From positions 172,298,001 to 172,362,000 of the forward strand of contig OX597817.1 in assembly GCA_951406725.2 (NCBI GenBank): a DNA stretch of 64,000 nucleotides, in the 5' to 3' direction. This DNA comes from Octopus vulgaris. Lineage: Eukaryota. The notes below the pieces were generated by a model that saw nothing but the letters and a program-made list of their open reading frames with translations, ran no database searches and was not told where the DNA came from. The position numbers and the translations under genes are program-made. Positions 25,595 through 40,890 of the stretch are shown here, in pieces (within the stretch, counting starts at the first letter, position 1; each line of letters opens with the position of its first letter).

Positions 25595-25672
25595 AGAAAA
25601 TGTTATTGTTAAGCATGGAGAACACTAGGTGTTTATAAAATTCCGTGTCCATAAGGACCACAGCACTCCCTT

Positions 25673-27220
<1,548 letters not shown>

Positions 27221-27807
27221 CTATACCATGCAAAGCCTTGTTCTCACTACATTTGGAAAGACATAAAAGCCAATAACATCATCTCACTTTATGGTTATTA
27301 ACTTCAAGTTACAAGCATTAACCCTGGCCGAATTCCATATCTATATCCCCAGGGAAAATCGTGATTGTGTCGATCTATTTTTCTTTTGGCAAGGTAAAAT
27401 GTTATCAGGCAGTAGAATGTAGGTTATTGCACCAAAATATATCTTATAACTTTGTTTTTTCTTCCTCTGTCAATCTATGCGCGTAACCTTTTGGTTGCCT
27501 TAGACTGAAGTAGCAGTAGTACTTTGCAAATAGAATTTATCATAATAAATTATTATAAATAGTTAATGTCCTCTTGTAATATTCTTTACGTTTGCCCAGT
27601 TATGTCAATGATTAGTGGTGCTGGGTCTGTTTTCTCTTTGCTTTCTTAGAAGTGTATTTATCTTCATTTTTTATTCTCTTATATCTTATATCCCATAGTT
27701 GTTTCGGTCAACCTTTCCAGGGTTGAATCGAACAATTTGGTCACAGTACTTATTCTTTTTTTAAAGCATGGTACTTATTCTATCGTTCTCTTATGCCGAA
27801 CTGCTAA

Positions 27808-28100
27808 CTAGTCTTTCTGTTTAATCCCGTTTGTGTTTTTATTTTTAAGTAATTTTCCAAAAGGGCATTTCTTTTGTCCTTCCTACGGCTATGGTCCTTA
27901 GTCAACAGAACTGTAGATTTTTCTGTTATGCCTTTAGTGCTTTCAGCCATTAGAATGCGGCCATACTGGGGCAACACCTTGAACTGTTTAGTTGATCGTA
28001 ACTGCCTCAGTTTTTATTTGAGTGAAGTATTTATTTCATGAATCTCAAACCAACACCGGTTGTCAAGACTTGATGGGGAATAAGCAGAAACGCAAACACA

Positions 28101-28155
<55 letters not shown>

Positions 28156-28720
28156 ACACACATATGGAATCATGTAGGTAAGGAGTCAAACTTCCTTCCA
28201 CACAGCCACACCTGTTGCGTAGTTTTCTATTTTCCCAAACAGCTCAGTTGACTCGAATTCTGCTAATTTTCGAATGTCATTGATTGTATTTACTATAAAT
28301 TTGATGGAAGTGGAGCAATATCGATTTCATGTGTGCAGTTAAAAGAAATTAGATCACAACTTGTCCTTCGTTATCTTCGAGTAATCGATGCAAGTTTATT
28401 CTTTGGTCCTTCATAGAAATATTTATAGTCCAAGACGCATTTCATTGCATCAAATCGTTAAAGATTTTGTTCCAAGTCAATCAGCATAGACCAGTCTTTC
28501 TGTTTAATTACGGTCCTTTTAAGGTGTATTCCAAAAGTGCACTTCCTTTGTTCCCCTTACGGCTCTCGTCCTTGGCCAACAGACATGTAGAATTTCTATT
28601 ATTCTTTTAATGCTTTCGGCCATTAGAATGCAGCCATACTGGGGCAATACCTTTAAGTGTTTTGTCGATCATAACTGCCTTAGTACTGATTTCAGTCTAG
28701 TATTTATTTCATCAATTTCT
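27808..28720 (+). repeat. Old direct duplication of ~230 bp (27808-28045 vs 28491-28720)
   Basis: Shared agtctttctgtttaat, ccaaaag.gca.ttc.tttgt, gccattagaatgc.gccatactggggcaa.acctt, taactgcct and agtatttatttcat in the same order. Confidence 0.75.
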
Positions 28721-29632
28721 ATTTGTCCAGTCCATTAGTTTATGAAACATGAAGGGACACAACATAGAAGCAACGCCGAGTTTTAAACACCATATGCCAC
28801 AGCTTAGATATGGACACAGACAAATTTGTGTGAGTGTGTAGTTATGTATGTATGCATGTATGTTTGTATGTATGTATGTATGTACGTATGTACGTATGTA
28901 GGTATGTAGGTATGTAGGTATGTATGTATGTATGTAGGGAGGTAGGTAGGAATGTAGGTAGGTAGGTAGGTAGGTAGGAAGGTAGGTAGGTAGGTAGAAA
29001 GGTAGGAATGTAGGTAGGTAGGTAGGTAGGTAGGTAGGTAGGTAGGTAGGTAGGTAGGTAGGAAGGTAGGTATGTAGGTAGGTAGGTAGGTAGGTAGGTA
29101 GGTAGGTAGGTAGGAAGGTAGGTAGGTAGGAAGGTAGGTAGGTAGGTAGGTAGGTAGGTAGGAAGGTAGGTAGGTAGGAAGGTAGGTAGGTAGGTAGGTA
29201 GGTAGGTAGGTAGGTAGGTAGGTAGGTAGGTAGGTAGGTAGGAAGGTAGGTAGGTAGGAAGGTAGGTAGGTAGGTAGGTAGGTAGGTAGGTAGGTAGGTA
29301 GGAGGTAGGTAGGTAGGTAGGTAGGAAGGTAGGTAGGTAGGTAGGTAGGAAGGTAGGTAGGTAGGTAGGTAGGTAGGTAGGTAGGAAGGAAGGTAGGTAG
29401 GTAGGTAGGTAGGTAGGTAGGTAGATAGGTAGGTAGGTAGGAGGTAGGTAGGTAGGTAGGTATGTAAGAGGTAGGTAGGTAGGTAGGTAGGTAGGTAGGT
29501 AGGTAGGTAGGTAGGTAGGTAGGTAAGTAGGTAGGTAGGTATGTAGTTAGGTAGGTAGGTAGGTAGGCAAGTAGGTAAGTATGTAGGTAGGTAAATAGCT
29601 AAGTATATATATAGATAGGTAAGTTGGTAGGT

Positions 29633-29938
29633 GCGGAGGCACATGGCCTAGTGGTTAGAGCAGCGAACTCGCGGTCGAGGGATCGCGGGTTCGAATCTCA
29701 GACCGGGCGATGTGTGTGTTTACGAGCAAAACACCTAAGCTCCACGCAGCTCCGGCAGAATGGTAATGGCGAACTTCTGCTGACTCTTTCGCCACAACTT
29801 TCTCTCACACTTTCCTCCTGCATCTTGCAGCTCACCTGCAACGGACCGGCGTCCCGTCCAGGTGGGGAACCTATACGCCAAGGAAACCGGGAAACCGACC
29901 CTTATGAGCCAGGCATGGCTCGAGAACGAACAAACAAA
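29633..29938 (+). mobile_element. tRNA-derived SINE family C
   Basis: A box tggcctagtggttagagc, B box gggttcgaatc, unique body and (AAAC) tail. Confidence 0.85.
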
Positions 29939-29977
29939 TTGGGAGAGAGGTAGGTAGGTAGGTAGGTAGGTAGAAGG

Positions 29978-30200
29978 GGCGGCGAGCTGGCAGAAACGTT
30001 AGCACGCCGGGCGAAATGCTGAGCGGTATTTCGTCTGCCGTTACGTTGTGAGTTCAAATTCCGCCGAGTTCGACTTTGCCTTTCATCCTTTCGGGGTCGA
30101 TAAATTAAGTACCAGTTACGCACTGGGGTCGATGTAATCGACTTAATACCTATGTCTGTCCTTGTTTGTCCCCTCTGTGTTTAGCCCCTGTGGGTAATAA
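29978..30200 (+). mobile_element. tRNA-derived SINE family B, full length
   Basis: ggcggcgagctggcagaaacgttagcacgccgggcgaaatgc..gagttcaaattccgcc..ctttcggggtcgat..ctggggtcgat..; many copies in the window. Confidence 0.9.
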
Positions 30201-30810
30201 GAGGTAGGTAGGTAGGTAGGTAGGTAGGTAGGTAGGTAGGTAGGTAGGTAGGTAGGTAGGTAGGAAGGTATGTAGGAGGTAGGTAGGTAGGTAGGTATGT
30301 AGGTGGGTAGGTAGGTAGGTAGGTAGGTAGGTAGGTAGGTAGGTAGGTAGGTAGGTAGGTAGGTATGTGGGTAGATAGTTAGGTAAACGAAGGGATTCTA
30401 CATAGTTTCTGTTTGCTAAATATCACTCAGGAAGCATGGTTGAACCTGAGCCAAAAGTAAAGTTATTCAATGAAACTGAATAATGTGTCCATTGAATTAG
30501 CTTCAAAGTAGCTGAGTATTCCACAGACACGTATAACCTAAATATAATTTTCCTGCGGAATCAGGGTGACACAGTGTAAGATGCGTTTGTACCATTGAAT
30601 TAGATATAACCCATCCAATGAGCTTCTCTACAGTTTCCTTCGACCCAATTTCATTCACTATGTATGGGTCGATTTGAGGCTATGGAAAATGACACTTGCT
30701 CAAGATACAACGTATGGGGTTCGAACGAGGGCCCTCGCAATCGCGAAATGAGCTTCTTAACTATTCGCCTACATTGCGTTTTTCGTAAGGCGTTTTAAAA
30801 CTTTCGATAA

Positions 30811-30968
30811 CAGGAGTGGCTGTGTGGTAAGTAGCTTGCTTACCAACCACATGGTTCCGGGTTCAGTCCCACTGCGTGGCATCTTGGGCAAGTGTCTTCT
30901 ACTATAGCCCCGGGCCGACCAATGCCTTGTGAGTGGATTTGGTAGACGGAAACTGAAAGAAGCCTGTC

Positions 30969-31014
<46 letters not shown>

Positions 31015-31248
31015 GTATGTATGTATGTATGTGTGTATGTTTGTGTGTCTGTGTTTGTCCCCCTAGCATTGCTTGACAACCGATGCTGGTGTGTTTACGT
31101 CCCCGTCACCTAGCGGTTCCGCAAAAGAGACCGATAGAATAAGTACTGGGCTTACAAAGAATAAGTCCCGGAGTCGATTTGCTCGACTAAAGGCGGTGCT
31201 CCAGCATGGCCGCAGTCAAATGACTGAAACAAGTAAAAGAGTAAAGAG
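30811..31248 (+). mobile_element. SINE family A, full length
   Basis: Near-identical to 16403-16820 and 57093-57500. Confidence 0.9.
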
Positions 31249-31499
31249 TATATATGTAGTTTCTATTAACAGGCATTTTCAAAATGTGCATTTGCAGAAT
31301 GTCTGTGTACAATAGTAGTTTGTTGCTGGATATCGCTTGAAAATCGCAGAGATTTAGAAAACTACGCTTATCTCTGACCCTTGCGGAGAATGAAAGTATT
31401 AAATTTGTTTCAGTAAATTATTTTCAAAGAAAAAAATTATTGAATCCACCCAAATGAAGACTATATCGAAATATTTAATGCAAATATTTTATGGAAATG

Positions 31500-32454
31500 T
31501 TTTAACCAATAAAACATGAGGCCTGCCAAATTTCAAACAACTACTCTTTCCACTTAATATAACGTTATCTTCGTATAAAATATTGTTATCGCGAAACAAA
31601 AGAAGTAATCTTAATCTCTTAATAACGTCTTCTTATTTAAATCCATTTGTATCCAAATGTCCTGCTATTCCGATTACATATATTACCCTCATTTTAATAA
31701 TGGTGCCAATTTTCTGATTTAAATAAGATAAATTAACTCAATAGAATTTTATTCCATCAATTTAAAGAAACTATACATAAATCGATTGAATTCAAAATAG
31801 AGAAGCAATTGTACGCTTCCTTTTTTTTTTTGTTAATTAAGATTAGTTCAGTTAATTGGGTGTGCCGTAAAAGCATACTATATAAATTAGACTAATAATC
31901 TTATAATAATTCTGCTTGTTTCTCCGTTACTTAGCCCGTCGGTAACGCTTCCATGTGATTAGTTGAATGGGGTGAAGGAGAGAGAGTGGAGTTCAGGAGA
32001 GATACGGGGAGAGGAGAGATAGTGGAGGGCTGATCGGAGGAGATCGGGGAGATAGGGAAGAGGAGGGAAAAGTGGTGTTGAATGAAATGAGTAATTTTTT
32101 TTAGCAGAGTTTTTTTCTCTGTTATTTAGCTCATCTGTAACACATTCACGTGATTAGTTGAAGGGAAAGGCGAAAAGGAAAAGAATAGAGAGAAAGAGGG
32201 TAAGGTGAAGAGTGAGAGAGAAAGAAAGAGGGTGCTATCTATTAAGTCTGTTAAATTGTGCATAAAGTATATAAAGTATATATAAAAAATGCATTACGTA
32301 ATCATCGTATTCCAATTTCCTTCACTTTTCAATGATTAGTAGATGAGCGGCTATTTTTGGATACAGACAAAATACAGGTTTTTTTGATGAAGTTTTCAGA
32401 AATAATCCAATAAGTTTACTATTAATTCCGTGAAATATTCAGGGCTCCTGCTAG
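31500..32454 (+). mobile_element. Possible non-autonomous Helitron (3' end visible, 5' end uncertain)
   Basis: Ends in an imperfect hairpin (ccgtgaaatattcaggg) followed by ..ctgCTAG|t. Confidence 0.45.
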
Positions 32455-32499
32455 TAATAATAATAATGATACTAGTAATAATAACAACAACAACAACAA

Positions 32500-33530
32500 T
32501 AAGACACTAAAAATATAGGAGTCACTAACTTATTGATCTATGAGGGAGGCGAAGTAGTCACCAGAAGATTGGATATCTCACAGGGAAAGACTAAAGAGAG
32601 AAAATGTGGAAGAGGAGACTACAAAATAAAGTGAAGACTTTAAGACAGGATCTGAGTAGAATAGAAGCCTGGAAAGCAAACAAGTTAAAAAACACTCCGC
32701 AAATCTTCCCTCGAGAAAAGATATTTAGTCAAAGAGAAAGGAATTGAGACTGTAATAGAAGAGTTGAAACAGCGTATCATAACAGTAACAGACAAGCCCT
32801 CCAGATAGCAGAAAAGAATAGATCAGTATCAACGGAATAGATTATTTGAGGCAGACCAGAGGAGATTTTATAACCAAATAAATAGGGGAGAACGAAGTAC
32901 TGAAGATGAGAAACCTAATGCAGAAAAAGCTAGAAAGTTCTGGAGTAATATTTGGGATAAGCCAGTCAATCATAATGGAGATGCAGTATGATTAAAGAAA
33001 GTGAGGGAAGAAGTAGTGAGTGAGAAGCTGTCAGATCTGAGATTAGCTAGTGCATTAATGAGTAAAGTGTTAGGAAAAATGCTGACTTGGAAGGGCCCAG
33101 AACCAGATTTAGTTCAAGGGTACTGGCTAAAGAAATTCAGTAGTTTATATGGGAGTCTGAGGGAACAACTTCAGGATTGCCATAATGGAGGAATAATACC
33201 AGATTGGGTGACTAGAGGGAAGACAAAATTTGCTATGAAAGATAAAGTCCTTTACTTTATCTTTCATAGCACAATCACTTGCTTACCATTAGTGAGGAAG
33301 CTGTTGACAGGATGCAGGTAGAACTGTGCTGTAAGACCTCAATGAACAGGTACTTATCTAGTACTGAGAACTGGCTGCTGCGGCTTCTGTGCAAACACGA
33401 AAGCAGCAAAAATTCACATTCTATTGTCAAGGGAGCTTTTTTCAAATTCACGAGGGAACTTGGCATTAACCTTGAATTAGATGAAGAACTTGAAACCACT
33501 GCCACAAAACAAGCAAAACGGATCATCATT
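32500..33530 (+). mobile_element. Decayed R4/Dong-like LINE RT fragments
   Basis: WKRRLQNKV..LRQDLSRI, NRLFEADQRRFY, KFWSNIW, WKGPEPDLVQGYWLKKF, PDWVTRGKT, ITCL; multiple stops and frameshifts; preceded by AAT/AAC repeats. Confidence 0.8.
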
Positions 33531-34149
33531 AGAAAATTAAAAAGATTTAAAAGCTACAATTCTCTGTGAAAATCTTGCCCTTCTTTACTCCCTGACTAGT
33601 CGAATATTTAGACGTACCTTTTATTGCAGCAACACTATTAAACGCACGATAAAACGTACCTTTTATTCCAACAACACAATTAAACGCGACAAAAATTTCC
33701 TCCAAAACAAGTTGAAAATCTTACATATCCACATTTTTCTCTGGCCGAACACACAAACGATCATCTTTAAAAAATTTGAAAGTTTAGGAGATAAACAACT
33801 GCGAATATATACAAACTACACAATTACGAAAACTAAACCACGGCAAAACCTATAAAAAGGCAAGAAAAATTCAGCGATGTAAATATCAATATGTGTGTGA
33901 GTATGTGTACATATTTATTATTGTTGTTTTTTTTCTATCTGTAATAAAAACGGAACAGGGTGAGTTGGCTTTTCCAAGGCAAAGGTCAGCCCTCTCATTG
34001 GTCGCTTGTAGTAGAAAACACATTTGACCTCTGCTGACCGCAAGGGTGTAACGCGTCTTTTGTTTCCTGATCGCACTACTACTGCTACTAATAATAAGCA
34101 TTATAATACCAATTCGCCTGGAGACAAACACACACATGTGACAGCTTTT

Positions 34150-35398
34150 ACATCCTGCTGACAGAACATATACAATCCTATTATCACTTCTACCACCACC
34201 ACCGCTAACGTCATCACCACCCCACTGGAAATAGCTCGGAGGTAATGCTAGTTGGAGATTGTATGATGGTCCTGTCTTTCGTCTCTCTATCTCTGTCTCC
34301 CTCTAGCTGTCAATTCAATACCTGCCTCTTTCTCCGATGCTACATGAATTCTAGCGTCCTGCTATTTGACACCTTTCAGGCGGCAGAACATGACATGAAC
34401 TAATTATAAACTTTACATTTTTCCCCGGAAAATGATGATGCCTGGGACCTCTGAACCTCACCCAAGGAACCAGACAACTGGTTAACCCTGTGCGCTTATA
34501 GCACAGCCCTAGATACCAACCATGGAAATACCCACTAGAACCCGTGTCGTTCGAAGAACGAGTTCACCAGTGACCTTAGGTTCTGACACTGAGCTCAAAA
34601 AGTCTTTAAATCAGGACCAACCTCCTCAAGAACCGTAGCAAATCAAACCAGGGATATTCCCGAAACTGACAATCAGGATCAACTACCAAACCTATCTAAA
34701 AAAAAAATAAAAAGACAAGTTAGAAATGGACTAAGGAGGAATATATCGAAGTTATGCATGCTTATTATTATTATTCAACACTAAACCCAGAAACATCAAC
34801 CACACAAAAAGAGACCTACAATATCTGGAGTTGCAAAAACCCGCATAGCAGGCTGTACATGAACAGTAATAAACTGTGATCTGTGAGACGTGATATCCTA
34901 AAGAAATAAAAGACTAACTGACAGTGAAATTGACAAAATAGTCAGCTCAGTATAACACTCACTCACTTATAGCCACAGGCAAAAAGCTTTGAAATCACTA
35001 ACTCAAACCAGCACACTGGATGCATAAAACCCTACGAAGATGAACCATCAGTTGATACTAAAAACACTGTAAAGTCAGCAATGAACTGTTAGATGGAATA
35101 CTAGAACAATATCTGATACAACTACATCAACCTTTCCACGAAAGAGCCCCACTTCCCAAAATCATTAATACTAATAAGAACAGAAAAATAATCAAGGAAG
35201 TTGATCAAGCACTTGGCAAGTTGATACAGCAACTCATGGAGAGCTGTAGAGAAAATGCCTTCGGAGTGATTGATCAACTCATTTACTCAGCTACTTGTGT
35301 TGCAACTCAGAAATGTGGTATTAAAATTAGAGAGAGACAAAATAAGTGCAATGTTCACAAACAGCCTGCATGGATGGAAAGAATAAACAGGCAAATAA
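34150..35398 (+). mobile_element. 5' UTR and N-terminal part of an R4/Dong-like LINE, cut by the Chapaev3-like insertion
   Basis: RKWTKEEYIEVMHAYY, RRDILK..KRL, DQLIYSA..VA and PAWMERINRQI segments typical of R4/Dong N-termini; left boundary is approximate. Confidence 0.65.
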
Positions 35399-36900
35399 CA
35401 CTGGCCAACAAATTCGAACTTTTTCTGCTGACCTAAGTTTGAGACCTGTTTTGAGATAAATTGGTGTCACTGAGTTTTAAAATGGCAATAATTTTTTCTA
35501 TCACATCTAGGTTTTTCCATGGGCTGACCCGTATTGGTCCCACCCGTATCTCAATGTTTAAAATGTCTGAATTCCCCTGAGTCTTTGTGTTATATATGTG
35601 GGTGTTTTACAGTACCAAGTCAAAGAATAAACGTTAGTGACATTGTAAAAACATCCTACTTTGCTTACTTTAGGATTAAAGTTGGTGATCAGGATATGTC
35701 GTGGGCCCGCACAATGTATGTAAGCCCTTTGTCGAAAATCTACGCCAATGGATAAAGGGCATAAGGAAACAGAGAATCATGTAAACGATTGCTACTTTTG
35801 ACTCACATCTTCTGGTTATGGCAAGAGAACCTGACAGAAAATAAGTTACCCAAATCTGAATTCAACAATTCATTCAGTGCTTCATTTAGATGGAATACCA
35901 GTACCCGTTTTCAAGGATCTACCATCACCGCAAGATGAAAGTGCAGATATATGTGAAGTAGATGTAAATCCTGAACATGGAAGTGATATAGACTTTGTAG
36001 AAACATCGACCAAAGAATGTGAAAACTTCAACCAGGCAGAACCTGATGATTTAGTCAGAGACCTAGGACTGTCAAAAGAGTTATCAGAACTGTTAGCTTC
36101 TAGGCTTAAAGCGAAGAATTCGTTGCAGACAGAAACAAACGTGACTATTTATCACAACAAGGAAAAAGATCTCTTGGCATTCTTTAAAAAATGAAAAAGA
36201 TTTTGTTTACTGTTATGAGGTAGTGGGACTGTTAAACGTGATGGGTGTTGAACAATATGATCCTAGTGATTGGAGACTCTTTATAGATAGTTCAAAGAAG
36301 AGTCTAAAATGTGTATTACTCTATAAAGGAAATTTGTTTGGTGCGCTTCCTATTGGTCACTCTGTACACTTAAAAGAGAATTATGATCACATGGAAGTTG
36401 TATTAGATTTACTTGAGTATGATGAACAGAAATGGGTCATATGTGTGGATCTAAAAATAGTCAACATTTTACTTGGCCAACAAGGAGAGTATACAAAATA
36501 TCCGTGTTGCCTGTGTTTATGGGATAGCCAAGCGAGAGACAAACATTGGGAATAGAAACTCTGGCCAGTTAGGAAAGCTTGACTGATGGGGAGAAGAATA
36601 ACATATACCAACCACTTGTTGAGCGAGAGAAAATCATCTTCTCGCCCGTTCATATTAAACTAGGACTAATGAAGTAATTTCTCAAAGCTCTTAATGTGGA
36701 GGGTAACTGTTTCAAATTCCTATGTACATTTCCTGGTCTAAGTTAAGATAAAATAGCGGCTGGTGTTTTTGATCGGCCACAAATTAGAAAGTTAACGAAA
36801 TGCCAGAACTTCTCGAGCTTGATGGCTGACATAGAAAAAAGAGCATGGTATTCATTTGTGAGTGTTGTGAAAGGATTTTGCGGGAGTGAAATGGCCGCAA
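35399..36900 (+). mobile_element. Chapaev3-like (CMC) DNA transposon, pseudogenised and 3'-truncated
   Basis: Begins taa|CACTG; fragments CLNSPESLCYICG, AYF..KVGDQDMSW, FNQAE.DDLVRDLGLSKE.SELLASRLK, WRLFIDSSK.SLKCVLL, DLKIVNILLGQQG.YTKYPC.LCLWDS. Confidence 0.8.
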
Positions 36901-36956
36901 GCTACAAGGATGCCCGGTGCTAAGACAGCTGAAATAAAGTTATAATTAAAGGAAAC

Positions 36957-36994
<38 letters not shown>

Positions 36995-36995
<1 letters not shown>

Positions 36996-37135
36996 CAATA
37001 GTAATTGGTGCACTTGGAAGTATCGGCACTCAACTACCAACATGGCTAAAAATGACTCGCGCAAGTGTGAAGGTAGAACACCTACAAAAATCAGCATTGC
37101 TTGGAATGCAAGAATTCTTCCAGTAAAATAAGCTG
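36995..37135 (+). mobile_element. R4/Dong-like 3' fragment
   Basis: PIVIGALG ... QKSALLG, lying between (TAA)n tracts. Confidence 0.65.
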
Positions 37136-37146
37136 TGAGTTTTCAT

Positions 37147-37187
<41 letters not shown>

Positions 37188-37190
37188 AAC

Positions 37191-37248
<58 letters not shown>

Positions 37249-37259
37249 TTAATAATAAC

Positions 37260-37570
37260 AGGAGAAACTTTCAAAATACAAAGACCTGGAAATAGAGGTA
37301 ACTCGAATGTGGAGTCTAAAAACAGAAGCAATTACAATCATAGTAGGTGCATTAGGTATGATGAAAAAATATTCAGACAAATACATAACAAAAACACGAG
37401 GACTAACAAGTATATGTAATATACAAAAACTAGCACTATTAGGCACCACACACATCCTACTTAAAACACTTTCAATACAGTAAAAATGAGAGCATCACAA
37501 CAAACCACAGCACATACTCAAGGCACACAGAGCTGCACTTGGTAGTACGTGATAAAAATAAGACTACTGA
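37260..37570 (+). mobile_element. R4/Dong-like 3' fragment, same family as 48-887
   Basis: ggagaaactttcaaaatacaaagacctggaaatagaggtaac ... aaggcacacagagctgc ... actactgaataat matches 568-890. Confidence 0.9.
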
Positions 37571-37585
37571 ATAATAATGAGGATG

Positions 37586-37661
<76 letters not shown>

Positions 37662-37666
37662 TGATG

Positions 37667-37736
<70 letters not shown>

Positions 37737-37759
37737 TAATAATAATAATGATGATGATG

Positions 37760-37822
<63 letters not shown>

Positions 37823-37845
37823 TGATGATGATGATGATGATGATG

Positions 37846-37912
<67 letters not shown>

Positions 37913-37917
37913 TGATG

Positions 37918-37972
<55 letters not shown>

Positions 37973-37973
<1 letters not shown>

Positions 37974-38522
37974 TGCCCTGATGCAGTACCAGGCAGTGGC
38001 TCTCATGGCTTCTGATCTTAACTGATTGGAAGTGTTATCATGTACATTGTTTTGTCTTGGTATAAAAGATGGGCTACAGCAAATATTCTGCTCAATACCA
38101 TATTTGCTTGTCAGTTGTTTGACCATAACCAGTTGAGCATGTCCTTTAGTGGCTGACGATATGTGCATCTCTGATCACGAGCAGAAGTAGTGGGGAGCAT
38201 CATAGCCATGTGTTGAGAGGGATTCTTTGGGGTTTGAATAGTTCACCTCTGGAAACATGGGTGGTTCTTTCAACATCCTTAAACAACCCTTATTCAGGGA
38301 CCTTTTGAGCGGGATGGGCTACTCAACCTGAAGAAAATTCTAACTGGGCCCCACCTGCAAGGTCATGTGCTGTTTATCTTGATATGAGATCACCATGTCG
38401 CGCACATATGGTTGTGATGCATGTGCCTGGTGTACCTTTATCAGACGGGTAGTCATGATGGGTATATTGGGCTTGTATATTTTACCCCAGTGTCACTTTG
38501 ATGGCATGAACTGCTCTCTCAC

Positions 38523-38523
<1 letters not shown>
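37973..38523 (+). mobile_element. ~550-bp non-coding insert in (TAA)n, probably a LINE 3' UTR or non-autonomous retroposon
   Basis: Complex sequence sharply bounded by (AAT)n on both sides, with no convincing ORF; strand is inferred from the neighbouring elements. Confidence 0.5.
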
Positions 38524-38585
<62 letters not shown>

Positions 38586-38602
38586 TGATGATGATGATGA
38601 TG

Positions 38603-38681
<79 letters not shown>

Positions 38682-38686
38682 TGATG

Positions 38687-38744
<58 letters not shown>

Positions 38745-38764
38745 TGATGATGATGATGATGATG

Positions 38765-38840
<76 letters not shown>

Positions 38841-38842
38841 TG

Positions 38843-38871
<29 letters not shown>

Positions 38872-38874
<3 letters not shown>

Positions 38875-39479
38875 CCACCCCCAGTGCTTGAAAATGACCA
38901 CATCTCACTCCTCTGGAACTTCACCATTCAAACTGACAGGAAGATAGATGCAAATAGGCCAGACATCATATTGAAAACTTCAAACAAAGAACATGCCTCC
39001 TCATTGATATGACTGTCCCAATCGATATAAACGTATCTGTCAAGACCTACCAAAAACTGAGCAAATATAAAGATCTTGAAATAGAAATCAGCAAAATGTG
39101 GAAGCTGAAGACTAAAACAATACCTGTTGTCATAGGTGCCCTGGGAATGATAGCAAAAGGGGCTGATAGCTACCTAACTCAGATACCAGGAAACCCAAAA
39201 ATGGCAGAAGTTCAAAAGATAGTGCTCATGGGAACTGCTCATATCCTACGCAAAATACTCTCTATGTAATCTCAAGGTTTAAAACAAACATAATTTTCGG
39301 TTTAAAAAAAAAAAAATTTTGTTTTCTTTTAGACATTCATTAGTACAACATCCCCACCCCCCAAATATATGGCACACTAGGCATAACAACAACATGAACT
39401 TCCAACCCTGTTGTCTCTTGAGGTCTCTGGGTGAGACTTGGAGCCAACTTGTACAAATATAAAGCAAAAGTCAAACATA

Positions 39480-39480
<1 letters not shown>
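38872..39480 (+). mobile_element. R4/Dong-like 3' end, family 2, copy 1
   Basis: LLWNFTIQTDRKIDANRPDII..IDMTVP..KLSKYKDL..IPVVIGALG..QKIVLMGTAHILRK, then 3' UTR and (TAA)n. Confidence 0.9.
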
Positions 39481-39533
<53 letters not shown>

Positions 39534-39550
39534 TGATGATGATGATGATG

Positions 39551-39692
<142 letters not shown>

Positions 39693-39700
39693 TGATGATG

Positions 39701-39784
<84 letters not shown>

Positions 39785-39785
<1 letters not shown>

Positions 39786-40497
39786 GAGTATCTCAACAGA
39801 CACGATAGAGCTGCACAATATATTCACTGGGTAATCTGTAAAAACCTGGATTTGCCCCATGAAAAAAACTGGTGGGAATACAAACCACCCCCAGTGCTTG
39901 AAAATGACCACATCTCACTCCTCTGGAACTTCACCATTCAAACTGACAGAAAGATAGATGCAAATAGGCCAGACATAATATTGAAAGACTTCAAACAAAG
40001 AACATGCCTCCTCATTGATATGACTGTCCCAATCGATATAAACGTATCTGTCAAGGACCTACCAAAAACTGAGCAAATATAAAGATCTTGAAATAGAAAT
40101 CAGCAAAATGTGGAAGCTGAAGACTAAAACAATACCTGTTGTCATAGGTGCCCTGGGAATGATAGCAAAAGGGGCTGATAGCTACCTAACTCAGATACCA
40201 GGAAACCCCAAAATGGCAGAAATTCAAAAGATAGTGCTCATGGGAACTGCTCATATCCTACGCAAAATACTTTCTATGTAATCTCAAGGTTTAAAACAAA
40301 CATAATTTTAGGTTTAAAAAAAAATTTTTTTTCTTTTTTTTTTTAGACATTCATTAGTACAACACCAAAAAAAACCCCAAATATATGGCACACTAGGCAT
40401 AACAACAACATGAACTTCCAACCTGTTGTCTCTTGAGGTCTCTGGGTGAGACTTGGAGCCAACTTGTACAAATATAAAGCAAAAGTCAAACATAGAA
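39785..40497 (+). mobile_element. R4/Dong-like 3' end, family 2, copy 2
   Basis: Near-identical to 38872-39480 but extends ~95 bp further 5' (YLNRHDRAAQYIHW). Confidence 0.9.
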
Positions 40498-40514
40498 TAA
40501 TAATAATGATAATA

Positions 40515-40870
40515 AAGGTGAAGACAATACCAAAAATACGTGGCGCATTTTGCATGATAAAAAAAAACGAGCAAAACGTAGGAGCTATAAATGGATCCTC
40601 AACAACACACACTATCCAAAAAATAGCCCTGCTAAGAACAGCACACATCCTACGCAAGACACTATCAATTCCATAATACAACCTGAACAAAACAACCTAC
40701 AAACACAAGTCACACTCTATGCAGCAATTATCCAGTGAAATAAACTTCCACCAGCAATCCAATTAACCAACGCATTACACACACAACACACAGTACAAAC
40801 ATACAATACCGAGAAGAATTTGCGCATTCCCAACAACAGTAAAGAACACAATGCAGCACACAGCCCAGCA
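40515..40870 (+). mobile_element. R4/Dong-like 3' end, family 3
   Basis: VKTIP..GA..MIKK..IQKIALLRTAHILRKTLS followed by a CA-rich 3' UTR. Confidence 0.7.
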
Positions 40871-40890
40871 ACACGGTATATTACCTATAT

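Larger units (their letters stand above)
22981..25672 (-). mobile_element. Penelope-like element (Neptune-type), 5'-truncated, flanked by (TA)n
   Basis: Contains the RT-GIY-YIG ORF and an HHR-bearing 3' region; (TA)n on both sides. Confidence 0.85.
28840..30385. repeat. (GTAG)n array with two SINE insertions
   Basis: Directly visible. Confidence 0.95.

Noticed and set aside
29633-29710. tRNA gene candidate
   Set aside because: A and B boxes are present, but the sequence continues into a SINE body and tail and a second truncated copy exists; it is a SINE head
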